A DNA stretch of 64,000 bases from Octopus bimaculoides (taxonomy: Eukaryota): contig NC_068994.1 of the NCBI RefSeq assembly GCF_001194135.2, forward strand, positions 40,535,237-40,599,236, given 5' to 3'. The notes beneath the pieces were generated by a model. That model made no database searches, was not told the origin of the DNA, and saw only the letters and a program-made list of their open reading frames with translations. Numbering within the stretch: the first letter of the stretch is position 1; each line of letters starts with the position of its first letter. The position numbers and the translations under genes are program-made. This document shows positions 63,236 through 64,000 of this stretch, in pieces.

Positions 63236-64000
63236 ATTTACAACATTAAGAACATTATTTAAAACATCTTTGATTTTTAAAAACGGCTGTACCCAAGAGA
63301 AATCAAACACATAGTTAGGTGTAGACTAAAATGCTAAATATTGTGACCCATAAAGAATTTTTGTCAGCTTTAATTACTTTTGTAATAAGAAAAAGTCATC
63401 AACATTAATGACAATTCTTGTCAGAGAAGAAAGGGAGAGAACTGTAAATTTCATATTGATAAAAAAGTTAAATGGAAAAATGTGAAATATCTTTTAATCA
63501 CTGGTTGGTTATAATAACATTATCCTTAATTTTTCTCCTGATATAAAATTTTACTATGAAAACAAAAATAAAAAATAAATAAAACATTCCTTATAAAAAT
63601 TTAAAAAATAAAAAACATCTCATGGAGGAAATAATCAAAATATCATGCAAAGATAGCAAAAAGTTCCTGTGTTATATTTTCTTATAATTACATAATTTAT
63701 TTAAGACTTCACTTCAGGTAGATTATTCTATTAGATAATGGCTGTCTTGAGTAGAACAGTCTGATCTCAAGAGAATATTTTCCAAAAGAAAATGTTAAAA
63801 ATATACCAGCCAACAAATGATTAGAAGTGTAACTGTTTTTTCTTTGTTTGTTTGTTTCTTTTTTTGTCAATTTGTTATTGGAAAACTCAATAGAATGATT
63901 GCAATGAATTTTAGTTTAAGAAAATAGGAAAGGTTAATCTTCTATGTAAGATAAACTTTGTAAACAGAATCAGGATCAGAATTAGTAAGACTTTGGTACG

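Overview
AT-rich eukaryotic genomic DNA that is very rich in microsatellites and contains about a dozen N-gaps. The repeat inventory fits an octopus (coleoid cephalopod) draft assembly; the taxon is inferred from the repeat families. No protein-coding gene can be called with confidence, and nearly all ORFs in the supplied track come from di- or trinucleotide repeats. The window reads as intron or intergenic DNA filled with several tRNA-headed SINE families, 3' relics of RTE, CR1/L2-type and R4/Dong-type (RLE) LINEs, DNA-transposon relics (mariner, hAT-like) and a 175-bp solo-LTR-like element with a 5-bp TSD. The most notable signals are hammerhead-ribozyme (HHR) motifs at four loci. The best is a near-canonical type I HHR fold at 491-574, in a CpG-rich promoter-like segment about 40 nt upstream of an ATG|GTAAGT splice donor. 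The others are minimal Penelope-type HHR motifs: one single copy (14458-14493), an inverted pair (38119-38314) and a tandem pair (55530-55994). There are also several locally generated inverted repeats (possible dsRNA/ADAR substrates) and a decayed 21-bp array that translates to heptapeptide repeats.
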